This document shows, piece by piece, positions 38,857-50,293 of a DNA stretch of 64,000 nt. The notes beneath the pieces are model-generated. The model searched no databases. It saw only the letters and a list, made by a program, of their open reading frames with translations, and had not been told where the DNA came from. The translations under genes and the position numbers were made by a program. This DNA is from Escherichia coli (GTDB lineage: Bacteria; Pseudomonadota; Gammaproteobacteria; Enterobacterales; Enterobacteriaceae): the NCBI RefSeq assembly GCF_024298765.1, contig NZ_CP101210.1, one strand, 5' to 3'. How positions within the stretch are numbered: the stretch's first letter is position 1; the number at the start of each line of letters is the position of its first letter.

Positions 38857-39960
38857 ATGGACCGCATTATTCAATCACCGGGTAAATACATCCAGGGCGC
38901 TGATGTGATTAATCGTCTGGGCGAATACCTGAAGCCGCTGGCAGAACGCTGGTTAGTGGTGGGTGACAAATTTGTTTTAGGTTTTGCTCAATCCACTGTC
39001 GAGAAAAGCTTTAAAGATGCTGGACTGGTAGTAGAAATTGCGCCGTTTGGCGGTGAATGTTCGCAAAATGAGATCGACCGTCTGCGTGGCATCGCGGAGA
39101 CTGCGCAGTGTGGCGCAATTCTCGGTATCGGTGGCGGAAAAACTCTCGATACTGCCAAAGCACTGGCACATTTCATGGGTGTTCCGGTAGCGATCGCACC
39201 GACTATCGCCTCTACCGACGCACCGTGCAGCGCATTGTCTGTTATCTACACCGATGATGGTGAATTTGACCGCTATCTGATGTTGCCAAATAACCCGAAT
39301 ATGGTCATTGTCGACACCAAAATCGTCGCTGGCGCACCTGCACGTCTGTTAGCGGCGGGTATCGGCGATGCGCTGGCAACCTGGTTTGAAGCGCGTGCTT
39401 GCTCTCGTAGCGGCGCGACCACCATGGCGGGCGGCAAGTGCACCCAGGCGGCGCTGGCACTGGCTGAACTGTGCTACAACACCCTGCTGGAAGAAGGCGA
39501 AAAAGCGATGCTTGCCGCCGAGCAGCATGTAGTAACCCCGGCGCTGGAGCGCGTGATTGAAGCGAACACCTATTTGAGCGGCGTTGGTTTTGAAAGCGGC
39601 GGGCTGGCGGCGGCTCACGCGGTGCATAACGGCCTGACCGCTATCCCGGACGCGCATCACTATTACCACGGTGAAAAAGTGGCATTTGGTACGCTGACGC
39701 AGCTGGTTCTGGAAAACGCGCCGGTGGAGGAAATCGAAACCGTAGCTGCACTTAGCCATGCGGTAGGTTTGCCAATAACTCTCGCTCAACTGGATATTAA
39801 AGAAGATGTCCCGGCGAAAATGCGAATTGTGGCAGAAGCGGCATGTGCAGAAGGTGAAACCATCCACAACATGCCTGGCGGCGCGACGCCAGATCAGGTT
39901 TACGCCGCACTGCTGGTAGCCGACCAGTATGGTCAGCGTTTCCTGCAAGAGTGGGAATAA
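38857..39960 (+). CDS. gldA: glycerol dehydrogenase
   Basis: ORF 38818..39960. The ATG at 38857 (RBS aaagga) gives [32 protein letters not shown]..., 367 aa, iron-type ADH family. Confidence 0.95.
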   Translation: MDRIIQSPGKYIQGADVINRLGEYLKPLAERWLVVGDKFVLGFAQSTVEKSFKDAGLVVEIAPFGGECSQNEIDRLRGIAETAQCGAILGIGGGKTLDTAKALAHFMGVPVAIAPTIASTDAPCSALSVIYTDDGEFDRYLMLPNNPNMVIVDTKIVAGAPARLLAAGIGDALATWFEARACSRSGATTMAGGKCTQAALALAELCYNTLLEEGEKAMLAAEQHVVTPALERVIEANTYLSGVGFESGGLAAAHAVHNGLTAIPDAHHYYHGEKVAFGTLTQLVLENAPVEEIETVAALSHAVGLPITLAQLDIKEDVPAKMRIVAEAACAEGETIHNMPGGATPDQVYAALLVADQYGQRFLQEWE

Positions 39961-39968
39961 CCTACTCC

Positions 39969-39993
39969 AAACTCCCGGCTTGTCCGGGAGTTT
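39969..39993 (+). terminator. gldA terminator hairpin
   Basis: aaactcccgg-cttgt-ccgggagttt. Confidence 0.7.
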
Positions 39994-40005
39994 GAACGCA
40001 AAATT

Positions 40006-40104
40006 GCCTGATGCGCTACGCTTATCAGGCCTACGCAATCTCTGCAATATAGTAAATTTACGTACTTTTGTAGGCCGGATAAGGCGTTCACGCCGCATCC
40101 GGCA
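40006..40104. repeat. BIME: two inverted REP units
   Basis: gcctgatgcgctacgcttatcaggcctac ... gtaggccggataaggcgttcacgccgcatccggca. Confidence 0.85.
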
Positions 40105-40235
40105 CGCTGTGCCAGTAATCTGAAACTTCCACCTTGTTCGGGTGTTTTTTTATCCGCTTCTGGACATTTTCTCCACAGAACAATCGTTAGCCCGGAAGGT
40201 CGAATCTGTGACTCTTATTTTCACGGACGAAACAG

Positions 40236-40853
40236 ATGAAAGCTTCACTGGCGTTATTCAGTCTTCTGACGGTATTTACCAGTTACTCCTTAAAATCTCC
40301 CGCCGTTCCACCAACCGTGGTACAAATCCAGGCCAACACCAATCTTGCCATCGCAGACGGCGCCAGACAGCAAATCGGCAGCACGCTATTTTACGATCCG
40401 GCGTATGTGCAGCTTACCTATCCTGGCGGTGATGTCCTGCAAGAACGCGGCGTATGTTCCGATGTGGTGATCCGTGCATTGCGCAGCCAGAAGGTCGATT
40501 TGCAGAAACTGGTGCACGAAGATATGGCGAAGAATTTTGCTGCGTACCCGCAAAAATGGCAGTTAAAGCGCCCGGACAGCAACATCGATCACCGCCGGGT
40601 GCCTAATCTGGAAACCTGGTTTACCCGCCACGATAAAACACGCCCCACCAGCAAGAACCCCAGTGACTATCAAGCGGGCGATATTGTCTCCTGGCGATTA
40701 GATAACGGGCTGGCACATATTGGGGTGGTGTCAGATGGCTTCGCCCGCGACGGTACGCCGCTGGTGATACATAACATTGGCGCAGGCGCGCAGGAAGAAG
40801 ATGTACTGTTTAGCTGGCGGATGGTGGGGCACTATCGGTATTTTGCTAAATAA
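40236..40853 (+). CDS. yijF: DUF1287-family secreted protein
   Basis: 205-aa ORF starting MKASLALFSLLTVFTSYSLKSPAVPPT... (signal peptide). Matches K-12 YijF as I recall it. Confidence 0.88.
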   Translation: MKASLALFSLLTVFTSYSLKSPAVPPTVVQIQANTNLAIADGARQQIGSTLFYDPAYVQLTYPGGDVLQERGVCSDVVIRALRSQKVDLQKLVHEDMAKNFAAYPQKWQLKRPDSNIDHRRVPNLETWFTRHDKTRPTSKNPSDYQAGDIVSWRLDNGLAHIGVVSDGFARDGTPLVIHNIGAGAQEEDVLFSWRMVGHYRYFAK

Positions 40854-40879
40854 GAGATCTCCCCACATGAAGAAAAAAT

Positions 40880-41785
40880 TCAGATCCTTTTTACACTGAC
40901 GGCTTCTTTTTTCTTACGGCTCACCAGCGCCAGTGCCAGTACAATCAGCACAATACCGCTACCTTCAACTGCCCCCGGATTCTCACCGAGCAGCCACCAG
41001 GAAAAGAGTACGCCGCAAACGGGAACGGCCAGTGTGCTTAAGCTGGCAATACTGGCAGGCAAGTTTTTCAATACAAACAACCATAAGCTCCACGCCAGCG
41101 CTGTCGCCAGAATCGCACTGTAGGCCAGCGCCCAGAACACGGTGGGTTGCCAGTCAATTTCACGTTGCGGCACCAGTAAAGCGACCACGCTCATCACCAG
41201 CGCCGCATACAGCATCTGCCAGGATGTTAGCGACAATAAATCCACGCGCGGATGGCGGGCATACAGACGTTTAGCAACAATCGCGCTCGCCCCCCAACTC
41301 ACACCGGAGAGGATTGCCAGCATGGCGCTTTTCATCGAAGAGAAATCGAGTTGCCACGGCTGCAACACCAAAAATAAGCCGAAAGCGGCAATCAGAATCG
41401 CGAAATATTGTCCGCGTCGCAGGCGTTCACCGAGAAACAACGCGGCGAAAATTACCACCCAGAACGGCATGGTATAGCTCAGGATTGCCACCTTCCCCGC
41501 TCCTCCGCTGACCAGCGCCCACTGCGCCAGGCCGACCATCCCGCAGGTTTGTAACAGGGCAATGGCTAAGGTGTATTTAAACGGTGTCGGGCGCATTCCG
41601 CGACCACGTAATAAAAGGACGATGAATAAAACGAGAGCGCCGAAAATGCAGCGTAAGGCGGTAAAGTCGAAGGCACCGATGTAGCTGGTGACTTGCTTCA
41701 TGAAAATCCAGCTATAACTCCAGATAAGTGTGAGCACAACCAGGCCACTGATTGCCAGTGGGTTGCTCTTTCCTGCGGCAGACAT
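40880..41785 (-). CDS. yijE: EamA/DMT-family transporter
   Basis: ORF 40880..41818. The ATG at 41785 gives [30 protein letters not shown]..., 301 aa, with 10 predicted TM segments. Confidence 0.9.
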
Positions 41786-41836
41786 GAGAGATCCAGTGTG
41801 TAGTTTTCCTGTGGACACTATACGCCGGTAAAGAAA

Positions 41837-41869
41837 CTTCAGCGACTGCCTGAAAGGCAGTCGCTGAAG
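41837..41869 (-). terminator. katG intrinsic terminator
   Basis: Perfect 14-bp inverted repeat cttcagcgactgcc-tgaaa-ggcagtcgctgaag. It is followed on the minus strand by tttcttt. Confidence 0.8.
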
Positions 41870-41878
41870 AAGGTCAGA

Positions 41879-44160
<2,282 letters not shown>

Positions 44161-44387
44161 TGTTGGTTAAAGAGATGTAGATCAAATTGATCGTAATTAA
44201 GACTTTTTGATTATGTCCGATTTAGGATAAATGCTTTATAAAAAAGGGTTTTAGATTTGTATCCTTCAAGTAATGAGGGAGAAAACAAGGCTGATAACCT
44301 TATTTTCCCGCCCTCATTTCGAGGCAGCATTTTGTGCTCTGTTTAAAATTTGTGATCACTGTGTGATTTTCACAAAAGGCACACTAT

Positions 44388-45281
<894 letters not shown>

Positions 45282-45321
45282 TTACCTCATCAATCGCTTA
45301 TCGTTATATGTTGTGTTGTGC

Positions 45322-45356
45322 ACATCTATCCGTTTAGACGTCCAGATGTAAAGATG
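45322..45356 (-). promoter_or_regulatory. MetJ operator (tandem met boxes) of metF
   Basis: The minus strand reads catctttacatctggacgtctaaacggatagatgt, containing tandem 8-bp repeats related to AGACGTCT. Confidence 0.75.
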
Positions 45357-45659
45357 AAGGAAAAGCCGAAGGGCGTCAACCGAAAAATAACCAATGATGG
45401 TGAGGAAAAATCAGGGAAGATGAAAAAAACTCATCTTAATTAGAGGCGATAAAAGATTTCTCTATAGCACAATCCACCTCGCACGTTTTGACTCATATTC
45501 TGACAACACAGCGACACCTGGGCTAATTCGAAAAACAACGTCCTGCCACCGGATGGTGATGCTAAGGCATCTGATTCGGCCTGCGCCCTCGCGTAGGCCG
45601 AATACAGGATCTGCGCAATCAACGGGTAACAAACAGTTGAGTCAATTCAGTGCGCACTT

Positions 45660-47213
45660 TTATTTGATATCCTTCACGCGCATACCGTTGAGCTGTTCAT
45701 CCGTAATGGTGTTGCCCGCTTTGAAGTAATCAACCACCGCGTGATAAACGTAATAACCGCCCGTTGTGTTACGCGCTTTCCCTTCGGTAAAGGCGGTAAA
45801 ACCATCTCCACCATCAGCAAGGAAACTCTGAGTAGCAATGTGATAAACCGTCGCATCTTCAATGGGTTTGCCATTCAGAGCCAGTGTGATTACCCGCTGA
45901 CCAACCGGCTTGCTGCTGTCGTACTTCATTTCCAGGCCTTTCGATACCTGTAAAACGCCATTGCTTAAACTTGCGCCGTGTTCCATCAGACTGCGTAATT
46001 GTTTACCCGTGAGTTCCATCGTCACCAGTTCGTTGGGGAACGGGAACGTACTGATGACGCCGCCCATCGTGATCGCCCCTGCGGGGATCTCATTGCGAAT
46101 GCCGCCAGAGTTGGTTAACGCCAATTGGGTGTTTTTACCCGCCGCTACCAGTAAAGCGTCAGCCGCCAGGTTCCCGAGGGAAGCCGATTCACCATAGGCA
46201 CGTTTTAATTCAACCGGCGATTGCGCCACCGTTTGTTGCACCACTTCATCAAGCTTTTTATTCCAGCCGTCGATCACCTGTTTCGTTTGTGGATCGGGCT
46301 TCCACTCGTCAGCGTAAATGGTTTTAAGCTCGAAGTTTTTCACCGTAAAATTATGCGGCTTCTCTTTGTAGTCGAGAACCAGTTTGCCCACATCAATCCC
46401 GCCGCTGTCAGTGGAGAGGATGAGCGTATTGCCGACTTTAATCGGTTCCGGCGTACCCACATGTGCATGTCCGGTGATCAAAATATCCAGCCCTTTCACC
46501 TGACTTGCCGTCTGAATATCTTTATCCAGCGCGCGACGCACATCTGTGCCTCCCATACTGGACTGGCGGGCCGGAACACCTTCATGGATCAGGGCGACGG
46601 TCAAATCAACCTTGCCTTTAAGTTCATCGATATAACGTTGTAGCCATTTAATTTCATCACGCGCCTCAATACCCACTCGCGTGGCAGCAGATACTGTGTC
46701 ATTAAAGGCAAATACACCGTGCAAACCTATAACGCCTATTTTCACACCGTCTTTTTCGATGATGGTATAGGGCTTATCCCAGAATGATTTACTGCTGTTC
46801 TGATAAAAAACATTGCCCTGCACAATCGGGAATTTTGCCTGACTCAACTGTAATAATGTGTTGTCCCAGCCGTGGTCAAATTCATGGTTGCCTATCGTGA
46901 CGGCATCAAACGGCATAGTATTCATAATATCGATAATAGCCTTACCTTTGGTCAGGCTGCTGATATATGGCCCGGTAAAATAGTCGCCCGCATCAAAAAA
47001 CCATGTCGCTTTATTTTTTGCTTTTTCTTGCTTAACCAGCGTAGTGATATTTGCCCAGCCGCCAATATCCCGTTTACCGTCAGCGATCCACGGCACTTTA
47101 TAAGGTTCTACATGCGCATGGAGGTCGTTGGTATAAATAATAGTGACATCTTTAGCGCAAGCCCAGAACGGCAGTGTTAATGCGATACCCGCAGCAAGTA
47201 TTTTAATTTTCAT
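45660..47213 (-). CDS. secreted metallophosphoesterase / 5'-nucleotidase-family protein, paralogue A
   Basis: ORF 45660..47219; the track start is a TTG codon. The ATG at 47213 (RBS aaggga, 6-nt spacer) gives [34 protein letters not shown]..., 517 aa. It has a signal peptide and the motifs NDLH, GDYFTG, GNHEFD, HEG and GHAH, plus a 5'-nucleotidase C-terminal-type domain (NSGGIR, STFPFPN). Confidence 0.88.
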   Translation of the reverse strand: MKIKILAAGIALTLPFWACAKDVTIIYTNDLHAHVEPYKVPWIADGKRDIGGWANITTLVKQEKAKNKATWFFDAGDYFTGPYISSLTKGKAIIDIMNTMPFDAVTIGNHEFDHGWDNTLLQLSQAKFPIVQGNVFYQNSSKSFWDKPYTIIEKDGVKIGVIGLHGVFAFNDTVSAATRVGIEARDEIKWLQRYIDELKGKVDLTVALIHEGVPARQSSMGGTDVRRALDKDIQTASQVKGLDILITGHAHVGTPEPIKVGNTLILSTDSGGIDVGKLVLDYKEKPHNFTVKNFELKTIYADEWKPDPQTKQVIDGWNKKLDEVVQQTVAQSPVELKRAYGESASLGNLAADALLVAAGKNTQLALTNSGGIRNEIPAGAITMGGVISTFPFPNELVTMELTGKQLRSLMEHGASLSNGVLQVSKGLEMKYDSSKPVGQRVITLALNGKPIEDATVYHIATQSFLADGGDGFTAFTEGKARNTTGGYYVYHAVVDYFKAGNTITDEQLNGMRVKDIK

Positions 47214-47272
47214 AAACAATCCCTTTCAGTGAGATAAAGGATTGCTACATTACGTTCTGAAAGACTTATTTA

Positions 47273-47288
47273 TGTGAGAGTAATCACA
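47273..47288. promoter_or_regulatory. perfect CRP-consensus palindrome TGTGA-N6-TCACA
   Basis: tgtgagagtaatcaca read directly. It is centred in the 132-bp divergent region between paralogue A and the Zn-ribbon ORF. A TAATGT hexamer on the minus strand (47247..47252) would put the site near -41.5 for paralogue A. Confidence 0.6.
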
Positions 47289-47345
47289 TCTGCAGGGGAT
47301 AGTTGCCGGACAAAATCAACGACCTTGTGAAATCGTTGGTGATAT

Positions 47346-48470
47346 ATGTCGACTCTGTTTACGATTAATGCCTGTAAAACGTTCGGTTGCCGAAATTTGG
47401 GATTGGCCTCATCGGAAGATTACAGTTGGCCAGACTATAAACTGGGTTATCCGGCACTGCACTGTCGGGCATGTGGCAGTTACCCGCCGTTGTTTGACGA
47501 GCAACAATTTCGTGACTGGTTGTCAGTTCACTTATCTACGTGGGCCTCGGAGAAGGGTCATTTCTGCCCGGTATGTTATGGCACAGACATGATTTGTTAT
47601 GGTCACAATCCACAGGGTTCGCAACGCATTCAATGCCGTAACTGCAAAAAAGTCTGGACGCCTAAACAGTATCAGAAAGAAATTACGCATCCCCAGGCCA
47701 TTGAAACCGTTCAACTGTTCATACCCTTTCAAGGGGCCAGCGCAGTACAAAAACTGTATGTTTTAGTCAGTCTTGACGCCACTCGTGGCAACATTCTTCA
47801 TCTCTCCACGAATTATACGCAACATCAGACAGGAGACAGTCTGCGGTACAGTTACAAGGGCAACACAGAACCAACTATGCACCATCGCGATATCGTGCAG
47901 AAGGTAGATATGCGTGAAGCGCAATTCTTGCGCCGGAGCCAGTTCGATGAAATTCAGTATGGCAGTGCTGTACTCAAGCGCAACGGTAAGGGAGCCATAC
48001 TACGCCCGGTTATCACGGCACACGGGCATTTCAGAATACTGAAAATCCGCTATCCAGATGTCAAAACGCATATTATTTCACACGAATGTTTTCTAAGAGG
48101 CGCAATTATTACAGCCTGGGCAGATCAGTTCCGCCAACAACAAGGTGAACTTTGGTTCGTAGAAGAAGAAATCAGTGACAGTAACGCTGATACGCCCTGG
48201 CATTTTAAGGGAACGACATACCATGGTTGGTGGCAAAATCAGTGGCAGCGCTGGGAGCAGGGGAATAACTGCAAGATGGTCTGCCTACTCACGGGAGCCA
48301 GCTTAGAAAGGGGCGCAAATGTTTCTCTGGCAACCAGTCGTTGTTTTATCACATGGCTGACAGACCAACACGACTTTACCCAAAGCGCGTTATTATCCGC
48401 AGGTCGCGTAACGCAAATGCTGACCTCACTGGCGTTAAAATACAATGAATCGCTCACTCCATCTTGTTAG
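47346..48470 (+). CDS. hypothetical protein with two N-terminal zinc ribbons (second one IS1 InsA-like)
   Basis: 374-aa ORF with an ATG start. Cys pairs are C10/C15 + C40/C43 and C74/C77 + C97/C100 (CPVCYGTDMICYGHNPQGSQRIQCRNCKKVW). The C-terminal roughly 270 aa has no motif I can place, apart from a W/Q-rich patch HGWWQNQWQRWEQ. Confidence 0.7.
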   Translation: MSTLFTINACKTFGCRNLGLASSEDYSWPDYKLGYPALHCRACGSYPPLFDEQQFRDWLSVHLSTWASEKGHFCPVCYGTDMICYGHNPQGSQRIQCRNCKKVWTPKQYQKEITHPQAIETVQLFIPFQGASAVQKLYVLVSLDATRGNILHLSTNYTQHQTGDSLRYSYKGNTEPTMHHRDIVQKVDMREAQFLRRSQFDEIQYGSAVLKRNGKGAILRPVITAHGHFRILKIRYPDVKTHIISHECFLRGAIITAWADQFRQQQGELWFVEEEISDSNADTPWHFKGTTYHGWWQNQWQRWEQGNNCKMVCLLTGASLERGANVSLATSRCFITWLTDQHDFTQSALLSAGRVTQMLTSLALKYNESLTPSC

Positions 48471-48542
48471 TCAATACACTCGACAAACGACCATAAATTA
48501 AGAGAGATCACTACCTTTCATTTAATTAAATATATAAATGTA

Positions 48543-48567
48543 TGACCGTGAAATATAATCATGGTCA
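48543..48567. promoter_or_regulatory. inverted repeat TGACCGTGA-N7-TCATGGTCA (candidate operator)
   Basis: Read directly. The arms are 9 bp with one mismatch. It lies in the 229-bp A+T-rich region upstream of paralogue B. Confidence 0.35.
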
Positions 48568-48589
48568 ATGTTTAATTAATAACATTATT

Positions 48590-48605
48590 TGTTACTAAGA
48601 TCACA
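48590..48605. promoter_or_regulatory. CRP-like site TGTTA-N6-TCACA
   Basis: tgttactaagatcaca has one mismatch to the TGTGA-N6-TCACA core. It lies about 100 bp upstream of the paralogue B start. Confidence 0.4.
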
Positions 48606-48702
48606 TAATACTTTTCTGAACTATGCTTACATAAAATAAGACACGATGTGCCTTTTATTTAAATAATTCAACAAATGTAACACACCCTATCCAGGAGGGA
48701 TG

Positions 48703-50253
48703 ATGAAAACTGTATTTACAACATTATCAGTCATATTCGGCGTGATATTTTCTCACAGTGTTCTAGCTCAGGACGTTACTATTTATTATACGAATGACAT
48801 TCACGCACATGTCAATCCGGCAAAAATCCTCGCTGTTGATAAGAACAGACTTATAGGTGGTATGGCTAATATTGCAGGCATCGTTAATGAAGCGAAGAAA
48901 AAAAGCAAAGATGTGTTTTTCTTTGATGCAGGCGACTATTTTACCGGGCCGTATATCAGCACCCTGACCAAAGGTGAAGCTATTATTGATATCATGAACA
49001 CTATGCCCTTTGATGCGGTGTCTGTTGGTAATCACGAGTTCGATCACGGTGTGCCCAATATGGTGTCTCAGTTATCAAAAGCAAAATTTCCCATTCTGCT
49101 GGGAAATATCTACTACACCGATACGAATAAACCAGTTTGGGATCATCCGTGGACCATTATCGAAAAAGATGGTTTAAAGATTGGTGTGATTGGATTGCAT
49201 GGCGCATTCGCTTTCTATGATACAGTCGCGGCAAAAGCACGTGAAGGCGTAGAAGCCAGAGACGAAATTAAATATTTAAATAAAGCACTTGCAGAATTAA
49301 AAGGCAAAGTCGACATTACCGTTTTGCTAATTCACGAAGGTGTCCCGGCGCGTCAATCAAGCTTTGGTAGTAAAGATGTGGAGCGGCTACTACAGGCAGA
49401 TATTGAGACAGCTAAAAAAGTGAATGGTGTTGATGTCTTAATTACCGGTCACGCACATGTCGGAACACCGCAACCAATAAAAGTTAATAACACATTAATT
49501 GTATCTACCGATGCATACGGCACCAACATCGGAAAACTTGTGCTTGATTACAATCCGAAAACGAAGAAAATTGATAGTTATAATGGTGAGTTAATCACCA
49601 TCTTTGCAGATCAATTTAAACCTGACACCATCGTTCAAAATACTATTGATAAATGGAGTGCAAAGCTTAACAAAATAACACAGGAAGTTGTCGGCCATTC
49701 TCCCGTAGTTTTAACACGTGAGTATGGTAGTTCCTCTTCTACCGGCAACCTTATTCTTGATGCAATGATGGAAAAAACACCTGATGCCGTTGCCGGATTT
49801 CAAAATAGCGGTGGGATTCGAGCTGATTTTCCTAAAGGCGATATCACACTGGGAGATGTTATTAGCACATTCCCCTTTAATAATGACCTCATCGAGATGG
49901 ATTTGACGGGCCGCGATCTCAAATCATTGATGACGCATGCAACCAATCTAACTAACGGTGTGTTACAAGTTTCTAAAAGTGTTGCGGTTGTCTATGACAG
50001 CAAAAAACCCCTCAACCAACGGTTAATCTCTTTCACCATTAACGGCAAACCTGTGGAAGATAATCAAACATATCGTATTGCCACGCACTCCTTTTGTGCC
50101 AGTGGTGGTGACGGTTTTGAAGCATTTTTGAATGGAAAAAATGTGAAGACGATACCGGGAACAACCTCGGCGGAATCTATCATCGATTATTTCAAAAATC
50201 ATAAACCTGTCACCCCAGACTTAACTAAACGAGTCATGGACGTCGCCAAATAA
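48703..50253 (+). CDS. secreted metallophosphoesterase / 5'-nucleotidase-family protein, paralogue B
   Basis: ORF 48700..50253. RBS aggagg at 48693..48698 favours the second ATG (48703). Protein starts MKTVFTTLSVIFGVIFSHSVLAQDVTIYYTNDIHAH... It has a signal peptide, the same metallophosphoesterase motif series, and NSGGIR / STFPFNN in the C-terminal domain. Confidence 0.88.
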   Translation: MKTVFTTLSVIFGVIFSHSVLAQDVTIYYTNDIHAHVNPAKILAVDKNRLIGGMANIAGIVNEAKKKSKDVFFFDAGDYFTGPYISTLTKGEAIIDIMNTMPFDAVSVGNHEFDHGVPNMVSQLSKAKFPILLGNIYYTDTNKPVWDHPWTIIEKDGLKIGVIGLHGAFAFYDTVAAKAREGVEARDEIKYLNKALAELKGKVDITVLLIHEGVPARQSSFGSKDVERLLQADIETAKKVNGVDVLITGHAHVGTPQPIKVNNTLIVSTDAYGTNIGKLVLDYNPKTKKIDSYNGELITIFADQFKPDTIVQNTIDKWSAKLNKITQEVVGHSPVVLTREYGSSSSTGNLILDAMMEKTPDAVAGFQNSGGIRADFPKGDITLGDVISTFPFNNDLIEMDLTGRDLKSLMTHATNLTNGVLQVSKSVAVVYDSKKPLNQRLISFTINGKPVEDNQTYRIATHSFCASGGDGFEAFLNGKNVKTIPGTTSAESIIDYFKNHKPVTPDLTKRVMDVAK

Positions 50254-50293
50254 AATCTCATTTATCAGTCAATTTATTTAACAAGGAATGCGA

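Noticed and set aside
39349-40098. Long antisense ORFs inside well-supported genes:
- 249 aa opposite gldA
- 204 aa (33337..33951) opposite pflD
- 202 aa (35571..36179) opposite ptsA
- 174 aa (28331..28855) opposite eptC
- 173 aa (57413..57934) opposite almost all of yiiX
- 173 aa and 196 aa opposite priA
- 165 aa (62355..62852) opposite ftsN
- 167 aa (44940..45443) opposite metF
   Set aside because: Their amino-acid composition is Arg/Gln/His/Phe-rich and low-complexity, as is typical of antisense frames of G+C-rich coding DNA. They have no RBS or promoter evidence, and the sense-strand genes fully explain the sequence. The yiiX antisense frame is striking in length, but no independent signal supports it.
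44349-44376. Cluster of TGTGA/TCACA motifs (tttgtgatcactgtgtgattttcacaaa) downstream of metF that resembles CRP half-sites.
   Set aside because: The half-site spacings are 3 and 6 nt with wrong orientation for a proper CRP dimer site. The sequence lies just after the metF stop and folds as a hairpin, so it is more likely the metF terminator region.
45574-45603. Inverted repeat attcggcct-N12-aggccgaat near the left edge of the metF-metL insertion, considered as an island boundary or att-like site.
   Set aside because: No matching copy exists at the right boundary (52851..53027), and no recombinase is present. It may be a weak terminator for paralogue A or a degenerate REP. I cannot distinguish between these without comparison to an empty site.
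47214-48700. The possibility that the Zn-ribbon ORF is an active IS1-family insertion sequence.
   Set aside because: No terminal inverted repeats or target-site duplication are visible at either side. There is no InsA/InsB frameshift architecture, and the C-terminal region does not show the IS1 DDE spacing. It is kept only as a domestication hypothesis in the findings.
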